The notes under the pieces: generated by a model
Told to the model about the DNA's origin: nothing
The model's database searches: none
The model's input: only the letters and a program-made list of their open reading frames with translations
Source of the DNA: Paecilomyces variotii
Taxonomy: Eukaryota
Length of the DNA stretch: 64,000 nucleotides
Direction: 5' to 3' (one strand)
Assembly (NCBI GenBank): GCA_004022145.1
Contig: RCNU01000014.1
Position numbers and translations under genes: made by a program
Part shown: one piece after another, positions 12,417-25,971 of the stretch
How the letters are laid out: each line of letters begins with the position of its first letter
Numbering within the stretch: the stretch's first letter is position 1

Positions 12417-14461
12417 CTAGGCTTTGCGATCTGTGTTTGCAGTGAGACTCAGGGCCGCTACATCGAGATCAGCATCAATGCTGGACCGAGCCGGCGAAAG
12501 CAGTCTCCGCTCTTCTTCGGAAACTGCAATTCCGCCGCTGACAAGGAATGCCGAATCACGACGTCTAGACTGTTCCTCAGAGATATCCTTTGCGGGGGCC
12601 TTCTCATTGGGTTCGGGTCCCCGGGGATCAGTCTCCTCCATCCAAAAGCTCTGGATGGCACCGATGATCGATACAATGCCGCACGCCCACCACGCGAGCC
12701 CCGAGTAGCCGCTCGTTGATCCTCGAGAATGCAGAAAACCAGTGATTGTTGGTCCAAATGCTCGGCTGAGACTAGCGGTGGACGCAGCGGCACCGTTGAT
12801 AGACCCGAGGACGGTGTGCGATGGGGCAGCATTGGCAAGGAGGATCGCGGTGGAAGGGAAAGCAATCACATGAAGAGTGATCTTGCTGATCAAGGCAGCG
12901 TACACAGCCGGGATCTGGAGGCGAGAAGGAAGCAAGATGAGATACGGTACGACAAAGTAAAGCGGCGGCCAGATTGCAAGCACAAAACGGAATGTTCGAA
13001 GTGTGCCAAAATGGCGGACCACAAACGGGAACAGCCAAAGCTGAGCAATCATCGAGTAGACACCCTGCACTGCCAGCATAAAACCAATCCTTTTTGTCGA
13101 GAGTGCCAGGCCCCCCGAGAATTGGAATGGAAGGGTCACGGTGTCGTTAGACTTAGGCGTGCTGAGGAAGACCGGCATAAGCTGGTCGAAGGAAACGCTA
13201 TGGCTATGCAATTGTCAGCAGTGTATCAATGATAGAACAGTCGGTGGACGAAAATCTTACTATGCAAGTATACCATAGGCAATGATGTTCAATATGACCT
13301 GCTTTGTGAAAGCCTTTTGAACCCCACATCCCTTACTCTCCGACTGTTTCTCGACATCGTCGCCTTGGGAGACTACTTGTGGTCCCTTGACTGAAGACAA
13401 ACGCGGGGAGTTCTCCTTGCTTCGGTAGCCAGGTGGAGGATCGTCATGCTCGAAATCCTCATTGAAGCCGAGCCCCTTGGCAGATTCTTCAACGCGCTCT
13501 GTGAAAAGTCTCTGGAAGGCGCAGATAATCCAACGACCGATCTCAAGACCGTGGTCCCGACGAAGTTTCCTCTCCGGGTGCGTTTCTTCAAGGAATAGAA
13601 TGCCAATCGTGATTCCCAGTCCAAGAACAGCAACGCAGACAAGATTCGGCAGTAGAAAGGGGAATTGGTCAAAGACCGTTCCACGCTGGAATAGCCAGGG
13701 ATAGTTGTCGCAGGGCTGCGCCAGAGCACCGCCCATGGCAGGTCCAACAATCGAGCCTAAACACCAGACAAACGGCATGATCGAGTAGGCGCGCGGTTGA
13801 TGCTCCTTCACCGTCACTATCTCGGCAACTGTTGTCTGCAAAACTCCGATGTTTCCGTTGAGTAATCCGCCCAATGCACGGGCAATCATGGCAGTGGCCA
13901 AATTAGGCGCAAATCCGAATACGATCATGCTGATGGCCGTTCCGATCAGACCCATGATCAGGACTGGCTTTCTTCCGATCTTGTCGCTCATTCGGCCCCA
14001 GAACATTCCAGCTGTGAACTCAGCAAAGGTGAAAGAAGAGGTAATCATCCCTGCGTACAGGGCAATCTTCCCATCATTGGCCGTCACGTGAAAAGATTCG
14101 ACCATGTAGTAGACATAAGGAAATATCGACATAAAAGCAATAGGCTCGCAGATGCGGACCAACGCTATGGGAAGGAGTCAGCAAGATGAATCTTCGAGCT
14201 TTCAACGTAGTAGATCCTTTAAGGCTAGGAACATGCAGTCCACTCCCCATTCCATCCTGTGAGGGCCAAACACAGCGGCGAAGAGACCGAGAATGGGATC
14301 TTGCACAAGGCACACGATACCAAAGGAGATTTGCAGGGTACATGCTAAAGGTGAGAGAGAGACCACTTACCCAAAACGAAGAGCTGGCGAGTGGGAAAAG
14401 CCTTGCGGTCATCGTCTCCAGCAGGCCGCCGCCCCTGCAGGCAGGAGGGCCTCTTGAACAT
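12417..14461 (-). CDS. MFS transporter (DHA1-type, YCR023C/ZIFL-like)
   Basis: ATG 14461 (MFKRPSC..FPTRQLFVL); introns 14370-14165 and 13260-13204; MFS motif A WGRMSDKIGRKPVL; GSIVGPAMGGAL; two hydrophobic halves. Confidence 0.92.
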
Positions 14462-14567
14462 CTTCTTTACTGATTGTTGCATTCACGTCCCCAGAGAGCT
14501 GAGCTTTATAAGGGAGATGCAATGAGGAACTGAAAACGAGTCCCTCCGGAGATCTTGTAGTCGCTAT

Positions 14568-14598
14568 CGATTGTGATTGTGATTCTGATTGTGATTGT
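14568..14598. repeat. (GATTGT)n hexamer microsatellite in the MFS 5' region
   Basis: gattgt gattgt gattct gattgt gattgt. Confidence 0.8.
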
Positions 14599-17500
14599 AA
14601 CCGTGACGTTGAATCATGTGTTGCCCGGAACAAATCAGAGTAGGAATGTCCCCAGCAAACATTCACATACACCACATGGGAACATCAACTCCCAATAGAT
14701 TCAAGAAGCAAATGTCCCCGTCGTTCACAGTAACTAATTGTGCGGACGAGAGCACCGAAGAATGGCGGGGAAGGATTGTTGATGTGTTGGAAGGAAGGAA
14801 GGGATTACTCCAAAACTTGGGGTTCCTGAGTACCAGGAATGGGAATTTGGACTTCAAAAAGGATTTAACGGAAGGGGAGCTTAAAGTTAAATGAAAGCAT
14901 TCAATGTGGATAAAATATGTGATCAGGTAAAGGGACAGACACTAGAAGCCCAAAGCACTTTCTTTGCCTAACTGGAGAACGAAGGTGGATATGCATAAAG
15001 ATCCACACCTTTTGCTAAGCTACGGTGTCTGCGGAGTGAAGAGGAAGACCACACGACAGTGGCTTGTCAGCCAACGAGAGATTGCAACATGGGCAAGGAG
15101 ACAGTAATAGCTGAGAAAGGGGGCGGGAACGGTGCCAGCACCGCCGAGCAAGCGGCAGAGTTGGTATGAGTGACAGAATAGAGTCCATGAGAAGACCGGA
15201 CCGAATCCACAGAGAAAGTCAGGCCTGCGCTCCCTGTATTACTCCGTACTGCTCCATACATCGAACGCGTAGACTAGGCACGCAAACCATGCTCTGTAAA
15301 TCCGTCAGATCCATGGAATAGCCCAGCGCCCCGTTCTAGGGCCGCATCGGCGAATCGGCCGGTAAGACCCATGGACCTGAGCCCCGGGCACCGGGGAACA
15401 GTGAATGTTGTGTCGCCTAGACATCTAGAAGCACGCTAAGCGTGGCGTAGGGCGATAATGATCGACCCCCATCCTCATCTTCCCAGGAGACCGGTTTAGT
15501 GATAGATCTAGCAGGGCCGATATCTCCAGTTAGCGTCACAGGGGGCGTTCTGACGGGGACCGGGGAATTTGTGAAAAGCATCTAGGTTTGCTCGCTACCC
15601 CCGGGAGCTTGACTTGCGAACAAGAGCCAAAGAACAGGGGACCACGGTCCAGCAAAAGGGCGGGATGAGCCTCTGGAGTCTGGAGGAAGAAAGTTCGGCT
15701 CGCGGAGGCGGAAGAAATGCGGTGTACGGTATGTCGGACAGGGGGCACATTGTTATTGAAACTCTGGAGATGTCATCACCATGAAAAGTGGGCCAAGATC
15801 GTTCGGCGGTTCAAAAGAAAGACTGGTCACTCGAATTAATTATTATTGTTGGCCCGCGAATCAAACTGCGCGAACTGAAGGTGACCAACTAGTAGTCCGC
15901 TCGGGAAAATGGGAGAGGCATGGGAAACGAACCGCCAAGTCCGCCGTGAGACCAGACAGCAAAACGTACTCTATTATGCCCCTCCACGGTTATGCTTAAT
16001 CTCTCTCACATTCTTTGTCAATATATTAACCCAATGAATCCTACTTGGGCGGTGGGAAAGGACAAAAAAGAAAGAAAATGAAAACAACTCAAGGGAGGAG
16101 AGGCTCTCGACCTACCTCACTTCCGCCAGCTAGATGACCCAGTCAGTCTCCACGATAATGCTGATGTAGAGAAATGACAATATTCCATATTCGACTAGAG
16201 AAGTGAGGAGGCCGACGGCGACCTGGAACCGATTGGCCCCAGCCAGTCCGGACCTTTGCGGTGTCCAAAACTCAATTTGTTTTGTCTCTTCTCGCCGTTC
16301 CCAGATGGGAAGGCCACAACTGACTCTACGGAGTCGATATTCCGAGAACCGCACACGGAAGATTCATCGCTAGATGTTTGACGCCCCGGGCCAGCCTGAC
16401 GTGCCGGCGGGAATGGAGTTGTCCGTAGGGATAGAACAAGGGGCTGAAGTCTAACTCTGTATTGGCGAGAGCCCTCATGATGTGCCACTATTGGCCCTTC
16501 GAGTTGGCAAAATCCCCGATCAGCTCGCGCTAGGTCGGGGAATCTAACCAAGGGGACGGTATCATTTTTGAGAATCTGTCCTTTCGAATCCTGTTCCCTG
16601 GTAGCCTAAGCAAATAGTGTGAGATGTGGGCCTCAGCGCCTAGTTCGGGCATCGAGCCGCTTGAGATCTCGAGCCACGCGAGTGACGACGGGGATCTGGG
16701 ACAGTTAGCCGCGTCTGGTGACTCTGGTGGTTCTGTTCGCGGAGACTCTCACACCGGATGCGATAGGACAGATGCTAATGTTTCGCCGCACTGGACAACC
16801 CACTAGAAAGCAGGGGATAGTCTGCTCCATCGAGGAGCCACAGGAAGTGGTCTGGGATCAAAGACGTCATATTCCAGGGAAGCGTACTACTAGACGGCCA
16901 GCTCCTCCGCCGAAAGAGGACCTGCTGCGATGCGGATTGCCGGGTGCTCAGTCGATGTCAAACCGTGGCTGGTGCTCTCCTGTACCTCATAGCTCATACC
17001 GCTTCTCCCGATCTGCTCGCACGTCTCTCTCCTCCCTCAGTGGGCCTTTCGACAGATGCGTAGAAGGTAATAGTGCATGATCCTTTTCTCAAATCTCGCG
17101 AAGCACCTCTCACCGCGCTATCTTCATAACGCCCTACACCGCTCCACGAAACAGGGAGCGGTTGTCCGCCCTACTCGCCGACTGATGATCCTGCGGCGTG
17201 GATACAGCGGCAGTCTCATGTGTCTCACCACGGGATCCTCGGTGTTGCTTGCTGCAATTCAGCGCACACACTTGGTAGGTCCAAGGCTTGGAACACGCAT
17301 GCATCCATGTCAGAAAATCCCCGGAAGTGACAGTGAACACAGGTTAGAGCTCGTCCTTTGGGTAGTCTCACTTCAGACTGTCTACCACATGACCAGGATG
17401 CTTGTAGTATACGACGTATAGGATGATAATTGATGCTATGCATCCGGACCCTTCGGAGGTTACCCAGTCTGTTGATTTGCTGTAGTGAACGTGGTCGCTG

Positions 17501-20086
17501 CAGCAAGCTTGGTCAGGTGGGATCGGCCTTGCCAGATAGAAGCTATTTTCTGAGATTCTAGCGCTGCAGTGCCTCACAGTCTCATAAGCCTTGCGGGCTC
17601 AGTGTCGGTATATCGAGACAAACGGCCAATAATCTTGCTAACACAGGCGTGGTAGGGGTTGTTTGATGATCTGACACTCTGTAGCCCCAGTTACTCTGTG
17701 ACAAGTGGGTTTCTGTACCTCGTAGAGACAAGGCGAGGATACAAAAAGCGAGCGGTGAAGCCCCGCGGTGCAGCACTACGCCCAAAATACAGATTGTTAA
17801 GCGAAACAAGCAATATCAGTGACGTCTTTCTGCGCATCAGCACCAATGTGTTATTCGAGAAGGCGACATCGTTCAGTCAGGATTAAAATCTTAGGAGTCA
17901 TCGAGGTACCTCCGCCTTTCGGAGTCATGAGTCTTGTGGGGGCCAGGGTGCCCAATCTGACCAAAGTGACGGTGATCGTTCCATGTTGTGGTCCTACAGT
18001 TGAGCACGCGGAAGAGACAACGAGGTTGACATGGACACTAGAACGACTTTTTCCGCCTCTTGCTTTGCGGCTGGGTTCAGTAGCTGATACATTGTGGCCC
18101 AAGTTTGCAACTCTAGCTCCGGACGTGGGCGAACAAGTCACAACCCGTCGTTAAGCAACGTTGCAAAAGGCTCTATCGATAGTTTCAGACCACAAGGAGT
18201 GACTGGAACTAATATTGCGGAGAATGTAAGGTGTTTCTGCGGTGCCTCCTCACTGGTGATTACCAGTCCTAAGAGGAGGAACGCACACAATTGCAAGCTC
18301 ATGATCGCCGCCGGGGCGCAGAGCGTGCCAGACTGTCGGGCCCCCTCTAAGCCTTCTAAGTCGAAGGGAGGGTAGTTTATCTCAGCGAGGTGACGTAGCG
18401 ATTCCAATCAGATCACGGCCATTTTTCGGGATAAAGTGTTCGTGTTCATGCTGCTGTGTTGTCCGATATCCCTCCACGAATCGGCAGCATAGTTGCTGTG
18501 AAGAAGACTATCTAGTAGGGCCCAATCTTTGGGGTGCGTATTCTCTATTCGCCTAGCATTCAGTGCGGACCGACGTTTGCAAGGCAGGGATGCTAGTATG
18601 AGCCTATGAGGCATTGTTCAATGATTGTTGGCAAGCGTACTCCTTCAGCCGATGCAATCGTCTGAAACAAATTGGAAGCGTATGCGAGTCATACAAATGA
18701 TTCCCAACGATTTATGATCTTCTGATGAGTGGAGAAACCCCAGTTTTGTCGCGCGCAAGTCTGACATTTGAAGAGGGTCAGACTTCTTGGTGTCTTCGAG
18801 AAGCGCAAATCGGTTGTTTCGAACAGAGCGATTGCGACCAAGTTCCACCACGTCGGCCTTTCATTTCAGCCGGAAGATCGTGTCAAGATGGCCTTTGCCA
18901 CCCGGGTTTCACATAAACGCACCACAAAAAGGTTTCAATAATCCACGTTACCGAGCCATCTCCGTGGCATGTTCGGAGTAATTAGATTGTAGAACATCAA
19001 TATACTCTAATTAACTTGCACTGTACTCCATAGAGTGGCACTGTTCCGCAGGATGCAGACTTTTAACTGGAGTATATGGTAGGCTGGAACATGCGACGGG
19101 CCAGTCAAGGACTATTAGGCTGTGGCTGGTGTGACCGGTACACTGGGATATACTCCCCCGGACGAATGGCGATGACATGTTCGAGAGTGCTGGACATAGT
19201 GTCGCCTTAGCAGTGCTGCTAGTGGTCCAAAATCTATCTTCACTTGAAAATGTTCCTGGAGTGGAGTGCACGGAGAAGTCAGGGGTTAGTTAGACTCAGG
19301 GGCTGACCGCCATATTCCGCGCGGTCCGTCTTACCTGCTGCCAAAAGACAAGACTCTAACTTACGGAGTAGTTGAAGCCCCAAAAATGATCCACAGCTAG
19401 TTCCTTTTTGCCCTGGAAAACCTTGACAGCGGGGAGTTCGAAGATCCCTGCCAAGTTCCCCATCGGACGAGATCCGGTGCCGCGGCGACGGATAACTGTT
19501 GTTCAAGGTTTGCATCGTTACGCCAATGGATCATGTGAGCCATGGATCAGGAGAGACCGGCGTGGACACTATCGAAGGGAACAGTTCCCATTCCTTGCGG
19601 ATCCTTGCCCTGATCCACAAGCCTTTGAACTGTCAGCTCGGTCTGAAGTACCATACTCTGGGAGCGGATTCAATAGAAAGTAAGAGTAGCACAAGACTAG
19701 TTCTTTTGCCCGGCGGCTGGCGTATTGATGTCAACAAGGCTTTGCATAGATAATTGTCAGAAACCGGCTGGTAGCTGAAAACTGAGAGCACAAACATATA
19801 CAGCCTTGCTACTAGTTCCTATGAACAGATTGTTAGCTCGGATTCCTTAGAACGGCACCCAGCTGACTTGGATTTTGTGTAATTAGTGGCTAGCGCGAAG
19901 TATGACAACTCCAGATCTCGGGCGTCGGTAACAACAACAATGATTTGGATGACGAGCTCTGCTCTCTGTTGATGTAGATCTGTGCAATGTTGATCAGAGC
20001 CATCTAGATAGTAAGAGCATATACGAGCTGACTACTATTGGGCCCCTAATACCTCTATCAGCTGAGTGAGAATGAGAATATTAGCG

Positions 20087-20132
20087 AAAAAAAAAAAAAA
20101 GAAAGAAAGAAAGAAAAGAAAAGAAAAGAAAT
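20087..20132. repeat. Poly(A) plus (GAAA)n/(GAAAA)n purine tract
   Basis: An A run followed by gaaa and gaaaa repeats. Confidence 0.85.
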
Positions 20133-21304
20133 GTTTGAAAGTCCAAAAGACACAATAGACAAGGGATGAACCTTCTGCATCCCCAGATTAGAATTATTCT
20201 TTTCTTCGCCTGCATCTGCGCAGTGTGCTCGGCGCCAACAGTGCCGACCTGCAGCGTCTGGTTGGCCGTGGAGTATGATGGAGGGTCTAGAACGCGGTGG
20301 ATAAGAATGCTTTTTCGATATGCATGTCATATCAAAGGAGTCCGGGGTCGAAACTAGAGAGGCTAGACCAACTCCGTACGTAAAATCGCATGGAATCACG
20401 AATGATACTAGATATATTTTCTTTTGGTTCCGCAAGACCATTAGTGCGCTTCTTGACCAACACCTAGAGTTCCTGTGTCTCGTTTCGACACGAGAGCAAT
20501 GGCGCAATGTTTGATTAGGCGCACAGCTAACTATATGGCGGTGCAAATGTATCTAGTACCCAGACAGCTGGAAACTTTGGATGTATGTCAGCTCACATGA
20601 TATAATTTGATAGCAACGCCCTTCCAATCAGAAGGTCAGCAAAGCGACACTGCAGTATCAGGAACCTGGATCCTCACTTAAGCATTCCGGGATCATGATG
20701 CGACCATGTCACTTATGGAAAACGCTGTTGTTCTGTAACCAGTATTGCATCGGTTAATCCACATGTCTATTGGTGTTCCAGGTGCAAAGCAGACTGTTCG
20801 ATCGTAATCGCCAAAATCTGGAAAAGCCAGGACCCTGGATCCTTGAGCAGATACTAAGACATGTGTTTATAATCTGTGTCACGGCAGTGTGTGTGATTGT
20901 AATGTTCGCTATCGATGTCACTGCGTGTCAATCGCAGACAAATAATGACTCTGTGTGCGAAAGAGGTATGTTAGCAAAGTCATGAGAAACTCTACCCATA
21001 GGTTCATTTGATACTCCATGAAAAAAATCGAGATCGCTCTAATGTCTCTGCTCAAAGATGCTGCAGGGTATTCGTGGTGTTCCTAAAGTGTCGAGATAAG
21101 TACTAAATATTTTGGAAGCACGGTTGCAGACCAAACATACTAGTATGGTCGGCGTACGTATCCAAGCCCTGTTAATGTTCCAACTGCACGGTTGCGCTTT
21201 TAGAGCCCAGTCATATGAAACTGAAGAGTATGAATTCTCAACTTCCACTAGCAAGACAATTCTGAAGACAGCATAATATTATCATCGCTGATGAGATCCA
21301 CCTC

Positions 21305-21337
21305 GTCACGTGACATAAACACATATTGTCATGTGAC
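21305..21337. promoter_or_regulatory. Palindromic E-box GTCACGTGAC plus variant GTCATGTGAC upstream of the Obg gene (bHLH/Cbf1-type)
   Basis: GTCACGTGAC at 21305-21314 and GTCATGTGAC at 21328-21337, about 250 bp before the ATG. Similar sites occur at 36147 (ATCACGTG) and 60650. Confidence 0.5.
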
Positions 21338-21579
21338 CGTTTGCTCGACCTTAAGTCCGATAACGAAGAAAATACATGATCCTTTCCAGCTTATTCTATG
21401 ATCCAGACAGTCCGCGGTCCAGTGTTGAGCCTATGATCGCCACGGTCGAACTATACAGGCTAGCAAGGAAGAGGAAATACTCAGGTTGACTGTGGACTAG
21501 CAGGGGTTTTGATCGAGACTCCGGTTGCGAAGAAATATTTCCCGACTTTTGATATGAGAGAGCAGTGAATTACGAAAGC

Positions 21580-23283
21580 ATGGCGAAGCGACAAACGACT
21601 CTACTTCCTTTCCTCTATCCATTTCTGTTCCAGCAGGGTCCTCGTGCAAGAAACACCGCACTTCGTGCAGCTCGAGAAGGATATCTGAGAATTTCTTCAC
21701 GATGGCAAAGTACAGCTAGCACTCTGAGAAGGAGCAGCGAGATACCAACTCTCTCAGAATCTTCGATAAAGAATTCTCACCTCAATCCATTGCCCGACGA
21801 TTATTCTCGATTCATATTTCAAGACAAATGCGAGGTCACAGTATATGCTGGTTCCGGCGGCAACGGCTGCGTCTCATTTTTACGAGAAAAATATATTGAG
21901 GATGGTCCCGCAAATGGTGGCGACGGGGGAACTGGCGGAAATATCTACATACAGGCTGTTGAGGGCATGACGAGTTTACACAAGTTGGCCAGACGAGGTG
22001 TTATAAAAGCAGGCCGAGGCAAGAACGGCCAGGGCAAGAGCAAAGGTGGCCAGCGAGGGCGCGATGTCCTCATACAAGTCCCTGTTGGGACAGTGGTCCG
22101 CGAAGTTGGAAGATATGATCCTGTAGAGGAAGAGGAAAACCGACTAAAGGAACTGATGGCCGAGATGGAAGAGGAAGAAGCTCTAGAGATAGCTTCCACC
22201 CGCCGGGACCGCTGGGTGCTCTATCCGGGGTCACAGCCATCTGATTTCTTGACCATGACTTTTCCGAACCTAGGACCTCCACGAAGATCGAGTCTGGCGG
22301 CCATGGAGCCTCAGGCGCCTATACATCTGGACTTGTCTCAGCATATGGATCAACCCATGCTATTAGCTGCAGGCGCTGTTGGCGGTTTTGGCAACCCACA
22401 CTTTGTCTCGCGATCTGTCACCCGACCGAAATATGCGACCAAAGGTGAAGGGGGTATGAGGTTGGATCTGGCATTCGAGCTGAAGCTGCTTGCTGACGTC
22501 GGCTTGGTTGGAAAGCCTAATGCTGGAAAGAGTACACTACTCCGCTCTCTGACAAATAGTCGCACGCGTATCGGAAATTGGGAGTTCACTACTCTATCCC
22601 CCAATATTGGCACGGTCGTGATTGATGATTTCAAGGGTCGCCCTCTCGTTGCAACCAAAGGGAAGACACCGCGCACAAACTTCACCATTGCGGATATCCC
22701 TGGTCTTGTGGAGGATGCTCATCTTGATCGTGGTCTCGGCTTAGGCTTCCTCCGACATATCGAGCGGGCTCGTATATTGGCGTTTGTGGTGGACTTGAGT
22801 ACGGAAGATGCTGTCGAAGCCCTCAAGCGCTTATGGCGTGAGCTGGGCGAATACGAACATATCCGTGATAAAGAGCGCTCCGCGGAAAGAGGTGGAAATA
22901 GACTCGTGGACTGGAGTCCGATCGGGGATGATATGCCTCAGGTACATTTCGATGCTACTGGTGATGAAGAATTTCCCATCACGGATGCTTCGTCTTCGTC
23001 GGTCGTTCCACTGGTCAGGAGGTCACTTCCTCCTCTCGCCCTTCCTCCTATCCACACAAAACCCTGGTTTGTCGTTGCTACTAAGGCAGATCTTCCCGAG
23101 ACACAGGAGAATTTCCTTGCCCTTCGTGACTACCTTTCCCGTGTCCAAGATGGTTCAGAGGGACATCCCAGCGGTCATGAGCACGGATGGAAGGAGAACC
23201 TGCATGTCGTCCCAGTGAGTGCAATGAGAGGCGAAGGCGTTAATGGTATCCCGAAGTTGGTTATCGATTTGATGGAGGGCTAG
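21580..23283 (+). CDS. MTG2: Obg-family GTPase, probably the mitochondrial ribosome assembly factor
   Basis: Gly-rich Obg domain (GSGGNGCVSFLREKYIEDGPANGGDGGTGG); G1 GKPNAGKS, G2 FTT, G3 DIPG, G4 TKAD, G5 SA; Arg-rich presequence-like N-terminus; intronless. Confidence 0.93.
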   Translation: MAKRQTTLLPFLYPFLFQQGPRARNTALRAAREGYLRISSRWQSTASTLRRSSEIPTLSESSIKNSHLNPLPDDYSRFIFQDKCEVTVYAGSGGNGCVSFLREKYIEDGPANGGDGGTGGNIYIQAVEGMTSLHKLARRGVIKAGRGKNGQGKSKGGQRGRDVLIQVPVGTVVREVGRYDPVEEEENRLKELMAEMEEEEALEIASTRRDRWVLYPGSQPSDFLTMTFPNLGPPRRSSLAAMEPQAPIHLDLSQHMDQPMLLAAGAVGGFGNPHFVSRSVTRPKYATKGEGGMRLDLAFELKLLADVGLVGKPNAGKSTLLRSLTNSRTRIGNWEFTTLSPNIGTVVIDDFKGRPLVATKGKTPRTNFTIADIPGLVEDAHLDRGLGLGFLRHIERARILAFVVDLSTEDAVEALKRLWRELGEYEHIRDKERSAERGGNRLVDWSPIGDDMPQVHFDATGDEEFPITDASSSSVVPLVRRSLPPLALPPIHTKPWFVVATKADLPETQENFLALRDYLSRVQDGSEGHPSGHEHGWKENLHVVPVSAMRGEGVNGIPKLVIDLMEG

Positions 23284-23867
23284 TCTTCGGGTTAATTGGG
23301 AATAATATCTGTATAATACTCTAAGCTGGTTACTGGATCTCAACTGCATGGCGAATTGGTATATAAGCACACGATCTCGATGTCTTTCGTGTATGATAGA
23401 ACTTGAAGAGGACAGAATGATCGACATCAGCAGAACGGAGAATATAAGCCGTGATGATGTTTTGTTGTCTCAAATGCCAACGCGCCTTCACATGATAGGT
23501 AGACAACAAGGGCCACGCCAAGCGGAAGACGGGTAGTAGAGAGAACAATAGGCAGAAACAGCTATAATAATAGCCTCTGAGCCAAATATCCCCAAAAGAA
23601 ATATATGTAGACAAAGGCACCGGGCCATCTGAATCCGCACTGAAGACGTTCCGTTGGACAATACAGACAGGCTCCTTCCGATGACGCGCACCGCGAGCGA
23701 ACTTTTCTCGAGGACCTGCGAGCAACAACACAGAAGGCCAAAAGGACGGAACTAGACATGTTCGGGCCAATCTACACGTCGATCACTCATCATCAGTTTT
23801 AGAAGGCATACCCAATGCTCTTGTGCCATTTTTACATCAGCTTCATCCTTCCTCTGAGCGCGTCCGC

Positions 23868-25547
23868 ATGAATCTACCGGCGCTCGTCGACTCCGCGCTC
23901 TCCGCGATTGGAGATCCGCAACCCGACGATCCAATCCAGGAATGTTTTGACGGCGATATCGACAAGCTACGTTCCCTCCTCCGCAGCCATCCTGACGATG
24001 CTCTACAACTGGCTGATGCCAAACTGCGCGTGTTCCCGTTCAAAGATGTGAAGGACTGCTGGAGGAGACTGTATACAGATGCCAGTATCGTCAAGGCGTG
24101 TTTGACCATTCGAGAGGTTTGCGAGGCCCAGACTGGGAAAGACCAGCCCGCGCAATCTGCGACCCTTGGAAATTCAGGGCAAACAAGAGAATGGAAAATC
24201 GATTCCCAGGCACCATGGCTGTCCTCTGTTGTTCGTCTGCTCGATATGGCGTTGATTATGGCTGGGGCCCCTTTACGAGAGGAATTCATCGAATCACTCC
24301 TGGCAGCTCTTCAAGATGCAACGAGACCTATCAAAGCCTCAGGGCCCGCGGAATCAGACGTGGACGATGACTACTCGAGAGCACCACCTTCGAAGCGTCG
24401 AAAGCTATGTCCGCCTTTGTTTCCCCCGGAAACGGCTCCAGCACCGTCCCTCAAGCACCCTATTCCTCGAATTTCCTCTCCTTCGTTTGACGCCCTCGAA
24501 AACCACATTCACAATGTCCGCACGCCACTGGTAATTACGGATGCGGTGGAACACTGGCCCGCGATGTCAACACGTCCGTGGACGTCCAGGGACTATTGGT
24601 ACGAGCGCACCTTTGATGGACGTAGGCTCGTGCCGGTCGAGGTTGGTAGATCATACACGGACGAGGGCTGGGGCCAACGTATCATGCCGTTCAAAGAATT
24701 CGTCGATAGATATATTTGGCGGATGGAAGAGTCCAAAAGCAGCGCGGGACAGCGAGGAAATGCTTCAGAGAACCACGATGACGAGGGTCAGACGGGCTAT
24801 ATGGCGCAGCATGATCTCCTCGCGCAGATCCCATCTTTGAGGAAGGACATCTCGGTTCCAGACTATTGTTACATCGATCCTCCTGGTCCTGAACCAGGTA
24901 CTCCAGTCTACGAAAAGAAACGTCGTGAACGGGAAGAGGCCGAAGCTAAGAAGGCATCGAAGAGAACGGGACAAGCGTCGGTCAATGAGGGGGACGCAAT
25001 CTCCGTGGACCAAGCTAGTATGAAAGCTCTGTCGCTTTCCTCGAAGGGAGGCCATGCTGGAAATCTATCAGACCCAGATTCTGATGTTAGTCTCCCAGCG
25101 GACCCTATCATTAACACTTGGATCGGTCCTTCCTGGACAATGTCTCCGCTTCATCATGATCCGTACCATAATATTCTTGTGCAGGTTGTGGGAGCCAAGT
25201 ACATCCGTCTCTACTCGCCGCATACCCCAGCCTCACAAATACACCCGCGAGGAATGGAGGCTGTCAACTCATCTTCTGAAAACAAAGCCCAAGGTGACCT
25301 GTCTCAGAAAATGCAGGTAGAAGGTCAATTGATCGACATGTCCAACACATCGCAGGTGGATCTCGCAGCGATCGAGCTTTCTCCTGCGGAGTCTGAATTG
25401 TGGGATTCGATGTGGCCAGGTTTCTCGGATGCGGAGTATGTCGAAACAGTCCTAAAGGAAGGCGAAAGCCTATATATCCCTGTGGGCTGGTGGCATTACG
25501 TGCGCGGATTGAAGGCTGGAATCAGCGTTAGTTTCTGGTGGGGATGA
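23868..25547 (+). CDS. JmjC/cupin-8 2OG-Fe(II) oxygenase (JMJD5/KDM8-like)
   Basis: [44 protein letters not shown] (HxD), [18 protein letters not shown]. Confidence 0.92.
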   Translation: MNLPALVDSALSAIGDPQPDDPIQECFDGDIDKLRSLLRSHPDDALQLADAKLRVFPFKDVKDCWRRLYTDASIVKACLTIREVCEAQTGKDQPAQSATLGNSGQTREWKIDSQAPWLSSVVRLLDMALIMAGAPLREEFIESLLAALQDATRPIKASGPAESDVDDDYSRAPPSKRRKLCPPLFPPETAPAPSLKHPIPRISSPSFDALENHIHNVRTPLVITDAVEHWPAMSTRPWTSRDYWYERTFDGRRLVPVEVGRSYTDEGWGQRIMPFKEFVDRYIWRMEESKSSAGQRGNASENHDDEGQTGYMAQHDLLAQIPSLRKDISVPDYCYIDPPGPEPGTPVYEKKRREREEAEAKKASKRTGQASVNEGDAISVDQASMKALSLSSKGGHAGNLSDPDSDVSLPADPIINTWIGPSWTMSPLHHDPYHNILVQVVGAKYIRLYSPHTPASQIHPRGMEAVNSSSENKAQGDLSQKMQVEGQLIDMSNTSQVDLAAIELSPAESELWDSMWPGFSDAEYVETVLKEGESLYIPVGWWHYVRGLKAGISVSFWWG

Positions 25548-25971
25548 AGAATCAATACGTACGGCAGCATAAAGCACCGTCTCTGGGTTCGTTAGCTGTC
25601 TCAAAACTTGTATTTTAGGTATGGGTCGCTGGGGTTTACTCTGCTCAACATAGATGATACCACGAAAGTAGTCTTCAAATACAGTTTATTAGTCTTTCTG
25701 ACCGTCCAAGAGTCGGCAATGCATCGCCATCCACCTGTCCGACTCTATCACGCGTGGCCGTGAGCATCTCTACCAGTTGCAGTAGTTCAACTAACCAATT
25801 ATATATTCGACAATGTAAAGCCCAGCTCAGCTGAACCTCAGCTGTAAGAGTTCACATACCCATTTAGAGACAGAACCAAGACAAAGTCACATATCCGCAC
25901 ATGATAACCCTCTCAAAGACTCATGATCCCCTCTTGCATAGATACAAACATCTCCTGACCATATCTTTGTA

